Origin: a virus
Taxonomy: Duplodnaviria; Caudoviricetes
Direction: 5' to 3' (one strand)
IMG/VR virus record: IMGVR_UViG_3300020156_000028
Span: 557-64,556 of that record
Length of the DNA: 64,000 nucleotides
Below, in pieces: positions 1 through 9,370 of the stretch. The notes under the pieces are model-generated. The model did not search any database and was not told the DNA's origin. It saw nothing but the letters and a program-made list of their open reading frames with translations. The position numbers and the translations under genes are program-made. Positions within the stretch are counted from its first letter, which is position 1; each line of letters starts with the position of its first letter.

Positions 1-25
1 AAAAAGCCCGGCTCGATTGCCGGGC
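1..25 (-). terminator. Rho-independent terminator downstream of primase gene
   Basis: Minus strand reads GCCCGGC-AATCGA-GCCGGGC-TTTTT, 50 nt after the primase stop; U-tract may be cut by window edge. Confidence 0.7.
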
Positions 26-74
26 GATTACGGGTGTGGGTAAGTCAATCTTCATCGACAGGATAAAAGTCCCA

Positions 75-2858
75 TCATACGTAATCCTCCGCGTTGAAAT
101 CGTCATATTCGGTGTATCCTTCGGCTCCATAGGGGCCTTCCCGGTCGAACCAGATGCCCTTTATGCCGAACCGGGTCCGTCGGTTCGTTCGCTCTCCGGC
201 CTTCCTCCAGCCGAAATTCGGCAGGCTGTGGAAGACTTGCTGGAGCGCTGCGTCGGTCTGCGGGTTGAAGGATGCCTTGTCCTGCTTAAACAGGATTTCC
301 CGAACATCCTTTTCCCGGAAACTGGTGCGGAGGACCATCTGGTCGGCCGATGCTTCGAACGCCTCTTCGACATCACCGAGACCCATCTCCTGCCGCAGCG
401 CGTGAAGGGTGATCGGCGTATCGGCCCAGTCCAACACCTCGCGGACAAGCCGCTCCGTCAAGGATTCGAGCCGTGCCCCGTTCTGGCGCATCACGGCCTC
501 GGTAATTGCTTCTTCCGACCGGAACTCCAGCGGCAGGTCGCCTTCGGGCGTAGCGGCCCGCATGGCGGCGTGCCATGTCATGGCCTCGGCCCATATCTGG
601 TCGCGCTCGCGCTCCAGCTTGTCGGTGTCTATGCGGTTGACGTGTACACGCAGCATCAGATAGGTGCGGTTTCCGGTGTCGTCCTTGAGCACCTTGTCCT
701 GATTGGTGGTGCCGACGAGCGCGAACTGGCGGGGAAGCTCGGCGATATGCTGCATGTAGGCCATGCGCCAGTTGTCCTTGACCTTGCGCGAGAAGGATTT
801 GAGATGGTTCGCATCGGTCTTGGTGAAGCCCGCGAGTTCGGGCATTTCGAGGAGCCACGCGCCGCCGATCTGTTCCGCGATCCGGCCGAAGTCGTCCAGC
901 CGGGCGTGCAGTTCGCCGAACCACGCCCGACCCGCGAGCCGGTTGACGAAGGTGGATTTGCGCGTGCCCTGCCCGCCCTGAATGATCAGCATGTTGTCCC
1001 ATTTGAAGCCGGGGGTCATGACCCGGTAACAGGCGGCCGTCAGGAACATCCGCGCGACCTCGCGCGCGTAGGGTGTGTCGGCCTCGCCGAGATAGTCGAT
1101 GAACAGCCGCTCGGCCCTTGGCACGCCATCCCATTTGAGGCTGGTCAGGTACTCCCGGATCGGATGGAAGCCGTTGGTGCGGGCCACGTTGTCCACGGCC
1201 ATGCGAATGTCGCCGACGGCCACGCGGACGCCGTATCCGGGGATTTCGTCACCGCGCGGTGACTCGAAGACGACATGCAGGGCGTTGTCCATGTGGTCCT
1301 GCCACGGATCGCCGTTGATCGGGTCCTTGCAAACGAGGGGCTTCATGCCCTTGAGCCCGAAATCGATGGTGCCGAGAAGCACGGTGCGCTGCGTGAACTC
1401 GTTGAAGCCGATCTTGCCCCAGAAACGCTTGTCGAACTGGAGGATCAGCTTGATGTTGGACAGCGAGGCCACGAGGTTGCCGTCCTGATTGGTCTCCAGC
1501 AGCTTCGTGAACCAGCCTTTCGGCGGCTTGATGAACTTCCGCTTCGGCGCTACCCGCTCTTTTTCGGGCTCTTCGTCGGCGGGCTCTTCGGGTTCGATGC
1601 CGTCGAAGGCCGCTTCCCATTCAGCGCGTCCATCAGGTTCTCCAGTTGCGTCGGGCTGATCCCCTTCTTCAACCGGATCGTCATGGTCGTCGGTTTCTTC
1701 TTCATCGCTCTCGTCCTCTTCGATGTCGGCAAAGCTCTCCAGCCCGGCGTATTTCCGGGCCGCGACCGCTTTGCGATAACCGGGATCATCCTTGATGAAC
1801 TCGATCATTTTCTTGTAGCTCGGCCGGTCGCTGACCTTCTCGAAATCCTTGTCCTTGTCCTCCTCGCCGAAGAGGTGGATTCGGATCAGGTCGAAGGCGT
1901 TGACCAGTTGTTCGGCGCAGGGGTCCGTACCGTGGAACGAATAGAGGAACTTGCCCTCGTAGATGATCGCGCCGTTCGAAGAGGTGGCGTCCCGATACGA
2001 ATAGCGCGGGTTGCCGGAGTGCTCGTCACCGGGCGTGTAGAAGCCCGGAATGAACTTCTCCATTGCGACTTCGATATCAGGATAGGCCCGGCAGAAATCG
2101 CCGACGGGGCCGCGTTTCTCCAGCGGGTCTTCGGCTTTCTCGGCGCGCTGGCGGAACTCGCTATCGCCTTCGTCGGGGTGGTGCGGCAGCTTGGAAATGT
2201 CTTTCCAGCTTCCGTGGACCTCTTCGATCTCGTCAAGGAAGGCGTCAACGTCGAGGACTTCGGTCCCGGCACCGTCCTGAACGTGGTAGTAGTAGTGCGG
2301 CCGGTCGTCCTTGGAACAGGTCGGCAGGAACATCATCTGGACCGGCCGGAACGTGACCTTATCGACCGTCCGCATGGTCTTGTCGATCAGATAGGCGAAG
2401 TGCCGGGTGATCGCCACGTACTCGTCAGCGGTGACGGCGCGACTCAGCGGGAAAAAGCCACGGATACGCGGCTTGTCCGGGGTGTGCCGCCGCGACGAGT
2501 GCCAAAGGCCGACGAAGTGCGAGACCGGGAAGACGCCCGCGTCGATCATTTCGATGATCCCGTCGAAGGGATAGTCGATATCGAGCGTCATCAGGTCGCG
2601 GTCGCGGAGGTTCTTCTTGTTGCGCCAGTGGCCGTCGAAGGTCGCGCCGCTGATCCAGCCCGCCATCTTCTTGAGGTCGTCCTGCGCCTCTTTCGAGAGC
2701 TTGTCGAAGGCTTTACGCTTCTCGGGGGTGACGAGCGGCGAGGCGAACTTCTTTTTGAAGGTCGCCCAGTGGCCCGCGTAGTTCTTGTTCTTGGCGAGGT
2801 TCCGGCCGCTGCCTTCGGACCAGTGCAGCGTCAGGAGATCGTGTTTAGAGGAGGGCAT
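75..2858 (-). CDS. Primase/helicase (N-terminal primase-polymerase-like domain, C-terminal VirE/VapE-like P-loop NTPase)
   Basis: 927 aa; LDID and HSSRRHTPDKPRIR primase motifs, Walker A GGQGTRKST, ELAGF and GTTN..LKDDTGNR VirE motifs, acidic linker. Confidence 0.9.
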   Translation of the reverse strand: MPSSKHDLLTLHWSEGSGRNLAKNKNYAGHWATFKKKFASPLVTPEKRKAFDKLSKEAQDDLKKMAGWISGATFDGHWRNKKNLRDRDLMTLDIDYPFDGIIEMIDAGVFPVSHFVGLWHSSRRHTPDKPRIRGFFPLSRAVTADEYVAITRHFAYLIDKTMRTVDKVTFRPVQMMFLPTCSKDDRPHYYYHVQDGAGTEVLDVDAFLDEIEEVHGSWKDISKLPHHPDEGDSEFRQRAEKAEDPLEKRGPVGDFCRAYPDIEVAMEKFIPGFYTPGDEHSGNPRYSYRDATSSNGAIIYEGKFLYSFHGTDPCAEQLVNAFDLIRIHLFGEEDKDKDFEKVSDRPSYKKMIEFIKDDPGYRKAVAARKYAGLESFADIEEDESDEEETDDHDDPVEEGDQPDATGEPDGRAEWEAAFDGIEPEEPADEEPEKERVAPKRKFIKPPKGWFTKLLETNQDGNLVASLSNIKLILQFDKRFWGKIGFNEFTQRTVLLGTIDFGLKGMKPLVCKDPINGDPWQDHMDNALHVVFESPRGDEIPGYGVRVAVGDIRMAVDNVARTNGFHPIREYLTSLKWDGVPRAERLFIDYLGEADTPYAREVARMFLTAACYRVMTPGFKWDNMLIIQGGQGTRKSTFVNRLAGRAWFGELHARLDDFGRIAEQIGGAWLLEMPELAGFTKTDANHLKSFSRKVKDNWRMAYMQHIAELPRQFALVGTTNQDKVLKDDTGNRTYLMLRVHVNRIDTDKLERERDQIWAEAMTWHAAMRAATPEGDLPLEFRSEEAITEAVMRQNGARLESLTERLVREVLDWADTPITLHALRQEMGLGDVEEAFEASADQMVLRTSFREKDVREILFKQDKASFNPQTDAALQQVFHSLPNFGWRKAGERTNRRTRFGIKGIWFDREGPYGAEGYTEYDDFNAEDYV

Positions 2859-3084
2859 TGCGACCCCCGACGGCGAGTTCCAGAATCAAGAGACGCAGGG
2901 CGGTCGTTGGGATCGCGATATGACGCCCGGAGCGCCATTGGCGAACGGTATCTACGGATCGCCCCGTCAGAGTGGCAATTTCGGCAGAGGTGAGTCGGTG
3001 ATCGGCAATCGTAGCCAGTAGGGTTTCTGTTCGCCACGAGGCGTCATTCCAGCGCGGATCGCGCCGGTCCACAACTACAGTCAT
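2845..3084 (-). CDS. Small HTH (Cro/XRE-like) DNA-binding protein
   Basis: LTSAEIATLTGRSVDTVRQWRSGR HTH pattern; overlaps primase start. Confidence 0.7.
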   Translation of the reverse strand: MTVVVDRRDPRWNDASWRTETLLATIADHRLTSAEIATLTGRSVDTVRQWRSGRHIAIPTTALRLLILELAVGGRNALL

Positions 3085-3158
3085 GATGCCGAATCCTGTC
3101 AGGAATACAAAAATGTCAGCGGCCGAAGCTACGTGATGTTGGTAGTTTTGGCAACCCG

Positions 3159-3455
3159 TCACATGTAGACGAAGGGGCCGAAATCGGCAAGGGAAACTTC
3201 GTCCGGGTTGTTATCCACCATCTCGCGCGCCCGCTTCGGCGGCACGCGGCCGTCCTTGCACCATTTCTGGACGCCCCACGCCGACATGTTGAGGGTGTGA
3301 GCGAGGATGGCGATGGACTTGGTGCCGCTCGGGTCCGGCACGTAGATTCGCTCGTTGTTCTCGCCCTTCACGCGGCTATGGGGCGGGCAGGCGCGGAGGA
3401 GCAGGTCGTGCAGCGGGCCGCAGTCCTTGATTTTCCTGATCTTGGGCTCTTTCAT
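3159..3455 (-). CDS. Cro-like transcriptional regulator
   Basis: SIAILAHTLNMSAWGVQKWCKDGRVPPKRA HTH; GGAG RBS before ATG at 3455; divergent from the replication operon. Confidence 0.75.
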   Translation of the reverse strand: MKEPKIRKIKDCGPLHDLLLRACPPHSRVKGENNERIYVPDPSGTKSIAILAHTLNMSAWGVQKWCKDGRVPPKRAREMVDNNPDEVSLADFGPFVYM

Positions 3456-3477
3456 TCCGTACTCCGAAGTTTCATCC

Positions 3478-3528
3478 CATATAAACTCCCAACGGATAGT
3501 TGACAAGTGTATTTCATCGGTCCTATAT
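3478..3528. promoter_or_regulatory. Divergent sigma70 promoters overlapping a CCAAC-N5-GTTG operator
   Basis: Rightward TTGACA(3500)-N17-CTATAT(3523); leftward CTTGTC-N17-TTATAT; both resemble the rhizobial RpoD consensus CTTGAC-N17-CTATAT. Confidence 0.65.
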
Positions 3529-3576
3529 CGGCGACGGTCGCTTGACCGAAGATCACCGTGATCATATGGAGAACAC

Positions 3577-4005
3577 ATGTCCATCGAGAAAACCCTCGCA
3601 GAGCTTACCGAGGCTCTGAACAACCATACCGCCGCCCTGACGGCTTTCGTCAAGTCCTCCAAGGGCGGCACGACGGCCGGTGCTTCGGCTTCGACCAAGG
3701 CCGATACCAAGGCGGAAACCACCGCAAGCAAGCCCCGCAAGCCGAAGGGCATCACGCTCGAAGCCGTGCAGGAGAAGTTCGGCGGATATCTCAAGGTCGC
3801 CGACAAGGAAGAGCGCGCCGCGCGTCTGGCGAACGTCGTCGCCATCAACAAGCATTTCGGCGTTGCGAAGATGACCGAGGCCGATCCTTCGATCTGGCCG
3901 GAAGCCTTCGAAATCCTTGACCGCGTGATCGCTGGCGAAGACGTTGACGACGTGCTCGGCGGCGGCGACGAAGGCGATGAAGACGACGGCGGCAGCGTGG
4001 TCTGA
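3577..4005 (+). CDS. Hypothetical protein, first gene of the replication operon
   Basis: 142 aa, GGAG RBS, Ala/Lys/Thr linker and acidic tail; usual position before DUF2800. Confidence 0.8.
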   Translation: MSIEKTLAELTEALNNHTAALTAFVKSSKGGTTAGASASTKADTKAETTASKPRKPKGITLEAVQEKFGGYLKVADKEERAARLANVVAINKHFGVAKMTEADPSIWPEAFEILDRVIAGEDVDDVLGGGDEGDEDDGGSVV

Positions 4006-4019
4006 TCGGGGCTGACGGC

Positions 4020-5264
4020 GTGACCGAAGAAATCCAAGAGCACGCTACGAGATCGCCGTCTGGAGCCCACGGATGGCGGCGTTGTCCCGGAAAGATCAAC
4101 GCCGAACGCGGTCGGCCCGATAGGGTCGGCCGTGAGGCCGCCGAAGGGACGGTGTTTCACGACGCGGCGGAAATCTGCCTGTTGACAGGGATCGATCCGC
4201 AGTTCTTGCCCCAAGGGGAAGAGGTCGTGGTATCGGGCCATACCGTCTCTTTTAACCAAGAGATGGTCGATCACATGCTAGGCGGCCTCGATCTTATCGA
4301 AGAGTTGATGGAGCCGGGATGTATAATCAGGGTCGAGGAGCAGGTCTCTATTGAGTCCTATACGCTGGAGCCCGGTGGGTTCGGCACCTCGGACGTGATT
4401 ATCATCTACCCGCATCGGCGGAAAATCATCGTGTTCGACTGGAAATACGGCAAGGTGGCCGTCTCTCCCATCGAGAACGATCAGGCTATACTTTACGGCC
4501 TCGGTGCGTGGGATACCGTAGCCGGGGAACTGTTCGACTGGAACCCGGAGGGGATCGAGGTCGAACTGATCATCTATCAGCCTCGCATCCCGGACGGCGG
4601 CGGCCGGTGGGAGACGACCATGGAATGGTTGCTCGAAGAGGGCGACCGGATCAGGATCGACGCGGCGGCCACCTACGACCCGAACGCGCCTCGCGTGGCC
4701 GGGGAGAAGCAATGCAAGTATTGCCGGGCGCGCGCGGACTGTGCCACGCATGCTGCTTATAATCTCGGCATGGTGGGGCTCCGGTTCGAAGATATTGATG
4801 AAGGGATTCAGTTCGACGTGACGCCGCCGCTGGTTGAAGATTTCGAGGGTTGGACGCCCGAACGCATGTCCTATGTCTGGCTGCACCGCAAGGCCATAAA
4901 ACGCTGGCTGGACGCGCTCCATGACCACATGATGGCCCGATATGCGGCTGGCGAGGAACTGCCGTTCCTCAAGGTCGTGAAAGGCCGGGGCGGCAATCGC
5001 TTCTGGCAAGACCCGAAGGCGGTCGAGCGCTATCTGGTGGCGCAGGTCGGCGAGGAGAAGGCATATCAGCCTAAGACGCTGATCACGCCGCCGGTCGCCG
5101 AGGAGTTGCTGGGCAAGAAAAAGGTCAAGGAAGACTTGGCCCTGTATATCGGCCAGCCGGAAGGCAAGCCGACGCTGGTGCCGATCACGGCATCCGGCGA
5201 CCCCCTTCCGTCGAAGATGGTTCAGTTCGACGGGATCGAAGCAGACGAAGATGGAGAAGAGTGA
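4020..5264 (+). CDS. Cas4-like PD-(D/E)XK exonuclease (DUF2800)
   Basis: HATRSPSGAHGWRRCPG, EGTVFH, GTSD..FDWKYG, QCKYCRARADC Fe-S cysteines. Confidence 0.88.
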   Translation: MTEEIQEHATRSPSGAHGWRRCPGKINAERGRPDRVGREAAEGTVFHDAAEICLLTGIDPQFLPQGEEVVVSGHTVSFNQEMVDHMLGGLDLIEELMEPGCIIRVEEQVSIESYTLEPGGFGTSDVIIIYPHRRKIIVFDWKYGKVAVSPIENDQAILYGLGAWDTVAGELFDWNPEGIEVELIIYQPRIPDGGGRWETTMEWLLEEGDRIRIDAAATYDPNAPRVAGEKQCKYCRARADCATHAAYNLGMVGLRFEDIDEGIQFDVTPPLVEDFEGWTPERMSYVWLHRKAIKRWLDALHDHMMARYAAGEELPFLKVVKGRGGNRFWQDPKAVERYLVAQVGEEKAYQPKTLITPPVAEELLGKKKVKEDLALYIGQPEGKPTLVPITASGDPLPSKMVQFDGIEADEDGEE

Positions 5265-5902
5265 TGGCAGAAACACCCGTTGGGGAAGTCTTGCTAACGA
5301 ACGTGCGGCTTAGTTTCGCCGACCTCGATAAGCCGGGCAAGCCCCAGAAAAACGACAACGGCGAGATGGTGCCGGGAAAGTACAAGGCCAACGGTCTGAT
5401 TTCTAAGACCACCGCCGAGGGCAAGGCCAATATGGCGAAGCTCAAGCGCGCGGCCGAGGACGTGAAAAAGAAGAAATGGGGTGACAAAATCCCCAAGCTC
5501 AAGGCCGACCGCGTTTGCGTGCGCGACGGCGACGAAGAGGACTGGGAAGGCTATGCCGGGCACTACTACGTGTCGGCGAACAACCCCGATAAGCCGGTCC
5601 TGATCACCAAGCAGAAGGACAGCAAGGGGAAGTGGATTCCGGCCAAGCCGGGTCAGCTTTATTCCGGCTGCTACGTCAACATGCTGGTGCGTCTTTGGGC
5701 GCAGGACCATCCCGACTATGGCAAGCGTTTGAACGCCTCGGTCGAAGCCGTGCAGTTCTCCAAGCATGGAACCGCTTTCTCCGGTGGCGGGCCTATCGAC
5801 GCGGACGAAAAGTTCGCGGAGATCGAAGCCGAGGAAGGCGAGGACATGGACGGCGGCGGCTACGATGACGAGGAAGACGAAGACATCGACAGTGTTGTTT
5901 GA
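5264..5902 (+). CDS. Single-stranded DNA-binding protein (DUF2815)
   Basis: NVRLSFADL, YSGCYVN, AVQF motifs and very acidic C-terminus. Confidence 0.88.
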   Translation: MAETPVGEVLLTNVRLSFADLDKPGKPQKNDNGEMVPGKYKANGLISKTTAEGKANMAKLKRAAEDVKKKKWGDKIPKLKADRVCVRDGDEEDWEGYAGHYYVSANNPDKPVLITKQKDSKGKWIPAKPGQLYSGCYVNMLVRLWAQDHPDYGKRLNASVEAVQFSKHGTAFSGGGPIDADEKFAEIEAEEGEDMDGGGYDDEEDEDIDSVV

Positions 5903-5959
5903 TGTCATCGTCGCGGCTCCCGGAACGAGGCCGGGGGCCGCCCATTCGCAGGGTGTGGT

Positions 5960-8251
5960 ATGTCCGACGAGATTATCCAGTTCTACATGGAACGGCTGGC
6001 GAGCGGCACCGAGCAATGGGGCCTGCCGCGCGATGTAATCGAAGCTGCCGCGCGCGCGGCGAACGACGTTATCCGCTCACGCGGGAAGCACTACCGCCTT
6101 CACCATGACTTCGAAACATTCTGCGACGTGTCCGTGATGGACGTTGGCTCTGACGTGTACGCGCGACGGGACGCGGCCGAGGTGCTTATGTGCGCCTACG
6201 CCTGCAACGATGAAGCGGTGCTCCAGTGGGTTCCGGCCGAGGGGCAGGAAATGCCGCGCGATCTGGACGAGATGATCCGTGATCCGAACGCCATCAAGTT
6301 CGCGTGGAACAAGCCCTTCGAATGGGCGATCTGGAAGCACGTTCTCGACATCTACGTGCCGCACGAGCACTGGCGCGACCCGATGGTTCTGGCCTATTCG
6401 CTCTCGCTTCCGGGCTCGCTGGAGAAGGCGGGCAAGGTGGTCGAACTGGCCGAGGACCAGCAGAAGATGAAGCGCGGCAAGACGCTGATCAAGAAATTCT
6501 GCATGCCGCGCAAGCCGACCAAGCACAACCCTTCGACCCGATGGATGCCGCATGACGCGCCCGAGGACTGGGAGGAGTTCAAGCTCTACAATCGGACGGA
6601 CGTGGAAGCCGAGCGCGGCATTTACCGGAAGCTCAAGAACTTCGACATGCCGAAGGAAGAGTGGGATTTGTGGGTGATTGATCAGGAGATCAATCAGGCC
6701 GGGATTCCCATCAACATGCCGATGGTCAAGAACGCCATCTCCATCTACGAGGACCTGATGGTCGATACGATGGAGGAAATGAAGACCCTGACCGGGCTCG
6801 ACAACCCCGGCTCGACCAAACAGCTTTTGCCGTGGCTCCGGGATCGCGGCTATCCATTCGAAGACTTGAAGGCTGGCCACGTCAAGCGCGGCGAGGAGAA
6901 GGCGACCGCGCAGCTTGCCGAGGAGGGCGTCAGCGAGGAGCAGGCCGAGGCGTTGGTCGAGATCGTTCTGGACACGCTGCGGGCCGGGCAGGACTATATC
7001 TGGCAGGCCGAATGGGAAGAGATCGCGGTGATCCGGCGCGTGCTCTGGCACCGCATCCGGGCCGCCAAAGCTTCGCCGAAAAAGTATTACGCGCTGGTCG
7101 AGGCGTGCGACCAGACGGAAGAAGAGGTCGTGATCCGAAACGCTTTCCAATTCGCCGGGGCCGGTCGGACGTGGCGCTGGAGCGGTCGTTTGTTCCAAGC
7201 CCAGAACTTGCCGCGCCCGGCGACCAAGCTGATCGAGAAGAACATCGCCGTCGCGGCGCAGCATGTCGCCACGCTCTACGCGCCCGCGCTCAAGCTCCTC
7301 TGGCCCGACGCCTTCGACGTGCTGACATCCTGCATCCGGCCCTGCGCGCAAGCGCCGGACGGCTACATGCTGATCGACGCCGACTTGAACGCCATCGAGA
7401 ATCGGGTGCTCGGCTGGATCGCTAAATGCCGGAAAATCCTGCGGGTCTTCGAACTCAATCGCGACCCCTATATCGATTTCGCGACATACCTGTTCGGCGG
7501 CACCTATGACCAGCGGTGGGCGGAATACAAGGGCGGCGACTCCGGCAAGCGCACGATCTCGAAGCCCGGCGTGTTGGGCTGCGGCTACATGCTCGGCGCG
7601 GGCGAGAAACGGTTCAACCGGGAGACCGGCGAGATGGAGGCGACCGGCCTCCTCGGCTACGCATGGAACATGGGGATTACGGAGTTCACGTCCGAGCAGG
7701 CAAAACTCTCGGTCGATACCTTCCGGCGCGAGTTCGAAGAGGTCAAGGATTTCTGGTATGCCATCGAACGGTGCGCGCGGAAGTGCATCAGGACCGGCCT
7801 GCCGCAGCGCCATCACATGATCCGGTTCGACATGAAGGCTCCCTTCATGCGGATGATCCTGCCGAGCGGCCGGGCGCTGCACTATTGCCGTCCGCGTATC
7901 GAGATGATTAAGGCCCCGTGGGGCGAGATGAAGGAAACGATCACCTACGAGGGCCTGAACGACAAGAAGCAATGGGTGCGCCAGCCGACGCATCCCGGCA
8001 AGATCACCGAGAACGCGGACCAAGCGATTGCCCGCGACATCCTCGCCAATGGTATGCGGATCGCCAAACGCGAGTACAAGATCGATATCAGGATTCACGT
8101 CCATGACCAGCTTGTGGGGTTGGTGCCGGAAGCCGAAGCGGAGGAGCGGCTGGAGCAGTTGCAGGAAGCCATGTCGCGGCCGATTCCGTGGGCTCCGGGT
8201 TTGCCGCTCGGCTCGGCCGGGTTCGTCAGCAAGATTTTCGTGAAGGATTGA
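5960..8251 (+). CDS. DNA polymerase family A (3'-5' exonuclease plus polymerase)
   Basis: DFET exo I, YNRTDVEAE exo III, ADLNAIENRVLGW motif A, KPGVLGCGY motif B, HVHDQ motif C. Confidence 0.93.
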   Translation: MSDEIIQFYMERLASGTEQWGLPRDVIEAAARAANDVIRSRGKHYRLHHDFETFCDVSVMDVGSDVYARRDAAEVLMCAYACNDEAVLQWVPAEGQEMPRDLDEMIRDPNAIKFAWNKPFEWAIWKHVLDIYVPHEHWRDPMVLAYSLSLPGSLEKAGKVVELAEDQQKMKRGKTLIKKFCMPRKPTKHNPSTRWMPHDAPEDWEEFKLYNRTDVEAERGIYRKLKNFDMPKEEWDLWVIDQEINQAGIPINMPMVKNAISIYEDLMVDTMEEMKTLTGLDNPGSTKQLLPWLRDRGYPFEDLKAGHVKRGEEKATAQLAEEGVSEEQAEALVEIVLDTLRAGQDYIWQAEWEEIAVIRRVLWHRIRAAKASPKKYYALVEACDQTEEEVVIRNAFQFAGAGRTWRWSGRLFQAQNLPRPATKLIEKNIAVAAQHVATLYAPALKLLWPDAFDVLTSCIRPCAQAPDGYMLIDADLNAIENRVLGWIAKCRKILRVFELNRDPYIDFATYLFGGTYDQRWAEYKGGDSGKRTISKPGVLGCGYMLGAGEKRFNRETGEMEATGLLGYAWNMGITEFTSEQAKLSVDTFRREFEEVKDFWYAIERCARKCIRTGLPQRHHMIRFDMKAPFMRMILPSGRALHYCRPRIEMIKAPWGEMKETITYEGLNDKKQWVRQPTHPGKITENADQAIARDILANGMRIAKREYKIDIRIHVHDQLVGLVPEAEAEERLEQLQEAMSRPIPWAPGLPLGSAGFVSKIFVKD

Positions 8252-8254
8252 GTA

Positions 8255-8515
8255 ATGGGTAGACCGGAAGAAATTCGACTGATGATGTTCGTAGGCCCGG
8301 ATCAGCATATGCAGACCCGGACCTGCCACTATCAGGTAACGAACCACGAGCGCAGCGTGACCTTCGGCCACTGGTACGAAGGACGGATGATCTACGGGTT
8401 CTCCAGCATCGCGGACAGCCGCATGGCGTTCCGGGAAGCGGTTGAGGGCGGGGTCCACGACAAGACATGGGTGGATGAAGACAACGAAGAGTGGAGTATC
8501 GAAGATGTCGTCTGA
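8255..8515 (+). CDS. Hypothetical protein
   Basis: 86 aa ORF packed between polymerase and next gene. Confidence 0.6.
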   Translation: MGRPEEIRLMMFVGPDQHMQTRTCHYQVTNHERSVTFGHWYEGRMIYGFSSIADSRMAFREAVEGGVHDKTWVDEDNEEWSIEDVV

Positions 8516-9029
8516 AAGAGAGTTCCAGAAGGTTGTTTGGAAGCACGTCAAGAGCGGCGACCATTACCAGATTGTCGAGTTCGCCGTCCGCGAGTTCGAC
8601 TTGTGCCCGATGGTGGCTTACACTGGGTATGACAAGGATACGGCTGTTTTTATTCGGGAGGCGGCCGAGTTCTTCGACGGCAGGTTCCGGCAGGACATCG
8701 AGATAGACCTCGAAACGCCGGACAAGCCCGAGATCGAGCAGAGGATCGCCATGGACTTCGACAAACGCAGCCTCGTGCCCCGCGACATGGTTCGCCTGCG
8801 TTTATCGGCGACCGATACTGAACGCGCGGAGTGGGGGCCGCAGGAGATTCGCGTGGTAAAGGCCATCGGACGTAGCAATAATGTTATGCTGCACGATTGG
8901 CCCGGAGATTTGCGCAGGGCTCGGTGGCCCGGAGAACTCCTCCAGTATGTTCGCCCGGCCACCGATGAGGATATATTGAGGGCGAAGGTCGGCCCCGCGA
9001 AGAAAGGGGATGCCGGAAGGTACGCATGA
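8505..9029 (+). CDS. Hypothetical protein with DUF1653-like N-terminus
   Basis: WKHVKSGDHYQIV...MVAY...FIREAAEF..GRF pattern; GGAG RBS. Confidence 0.65.
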   Translation: MSSEREFQKVVWKHVKSGDHYQIVEFAVREFDLCPMVAYTGYDKDTAVFIREAAEFFDGRFRQDIEIDLETPDKPEIEQRIAMDFDKRSLVPRDMVRLRLSATDTERAEWGPQEIRVVKAIGRSNNVMLHDWPGDLRRARWPGELLQYVRPATDEDILRAKVGPAKKGDAGRYA

Positions 9030-9370
9030 TCGAAGCGAACGTCGAAGGCCCGGTATGCCAGTGGGCGAAAGACGCTGGATGGTTCGTCAGGAAGCTCCAG
9101 TGGGTGGGGCGCGTGGGCGCGCCTGACCGGCTGTTCGCCAAGGACGGCCGCGTGGTCTTCATCGAGTTCAAGCGCCCGGCCAAGAACAGCCGGGTGCCGG
9201 AGGATCGCCGGACGGTGATGCAGGTTCGCGAGGCGGATCGTCTGATCGCTGCGGGCTGCGAATACCATCTGGTCAATGACATCACCGACGCCTGCCGAAT
9301 TTTAGGAATAGAGAATCGTGCCGCAACTGCATATCCCAAAGGCTCTTCGGGACGACCCCGCCGCCTGTGA
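9026..9370 (+). CDS. VRR-NUC domain nuclease
   Basis: GAPDRLF...VFIEFKRP...Q motif; ATGA overlap. Confidence 0.88.
   Translation: MIEANVEGPVCQWAKDAGWFVRKLQWVGRVGAPDRLFAKDGRVVFIEFKRPAKNSRVPEDRRTVMQVREADRLIAAGCEYHLVNDITDACRILGIENRAATAYPKGSSGRPRRL

Noticed and set aside
36-2993. Long plus-strand ORFs (408 and 572 aa) opposite the primase, and similar antisense ORFs such as 6077-8551, 15528-17342 and 30716-32260
   Set aside because: Shadow ORFs from GC-rich codon bias on the real strand; no motifs or RBS
3159-4274. 371-aa minus-strand ORF
   Set aside because: Only the last 98 aa (from 3455) look real; the rest is antisense to genuine plus-strand genes
4020-5264. Cas4-like gene as a sign of CRISPR-Cas
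   Set aside because: Standard DUF2800 exonuclease in a phage replication module; no cas1/cas2 or array
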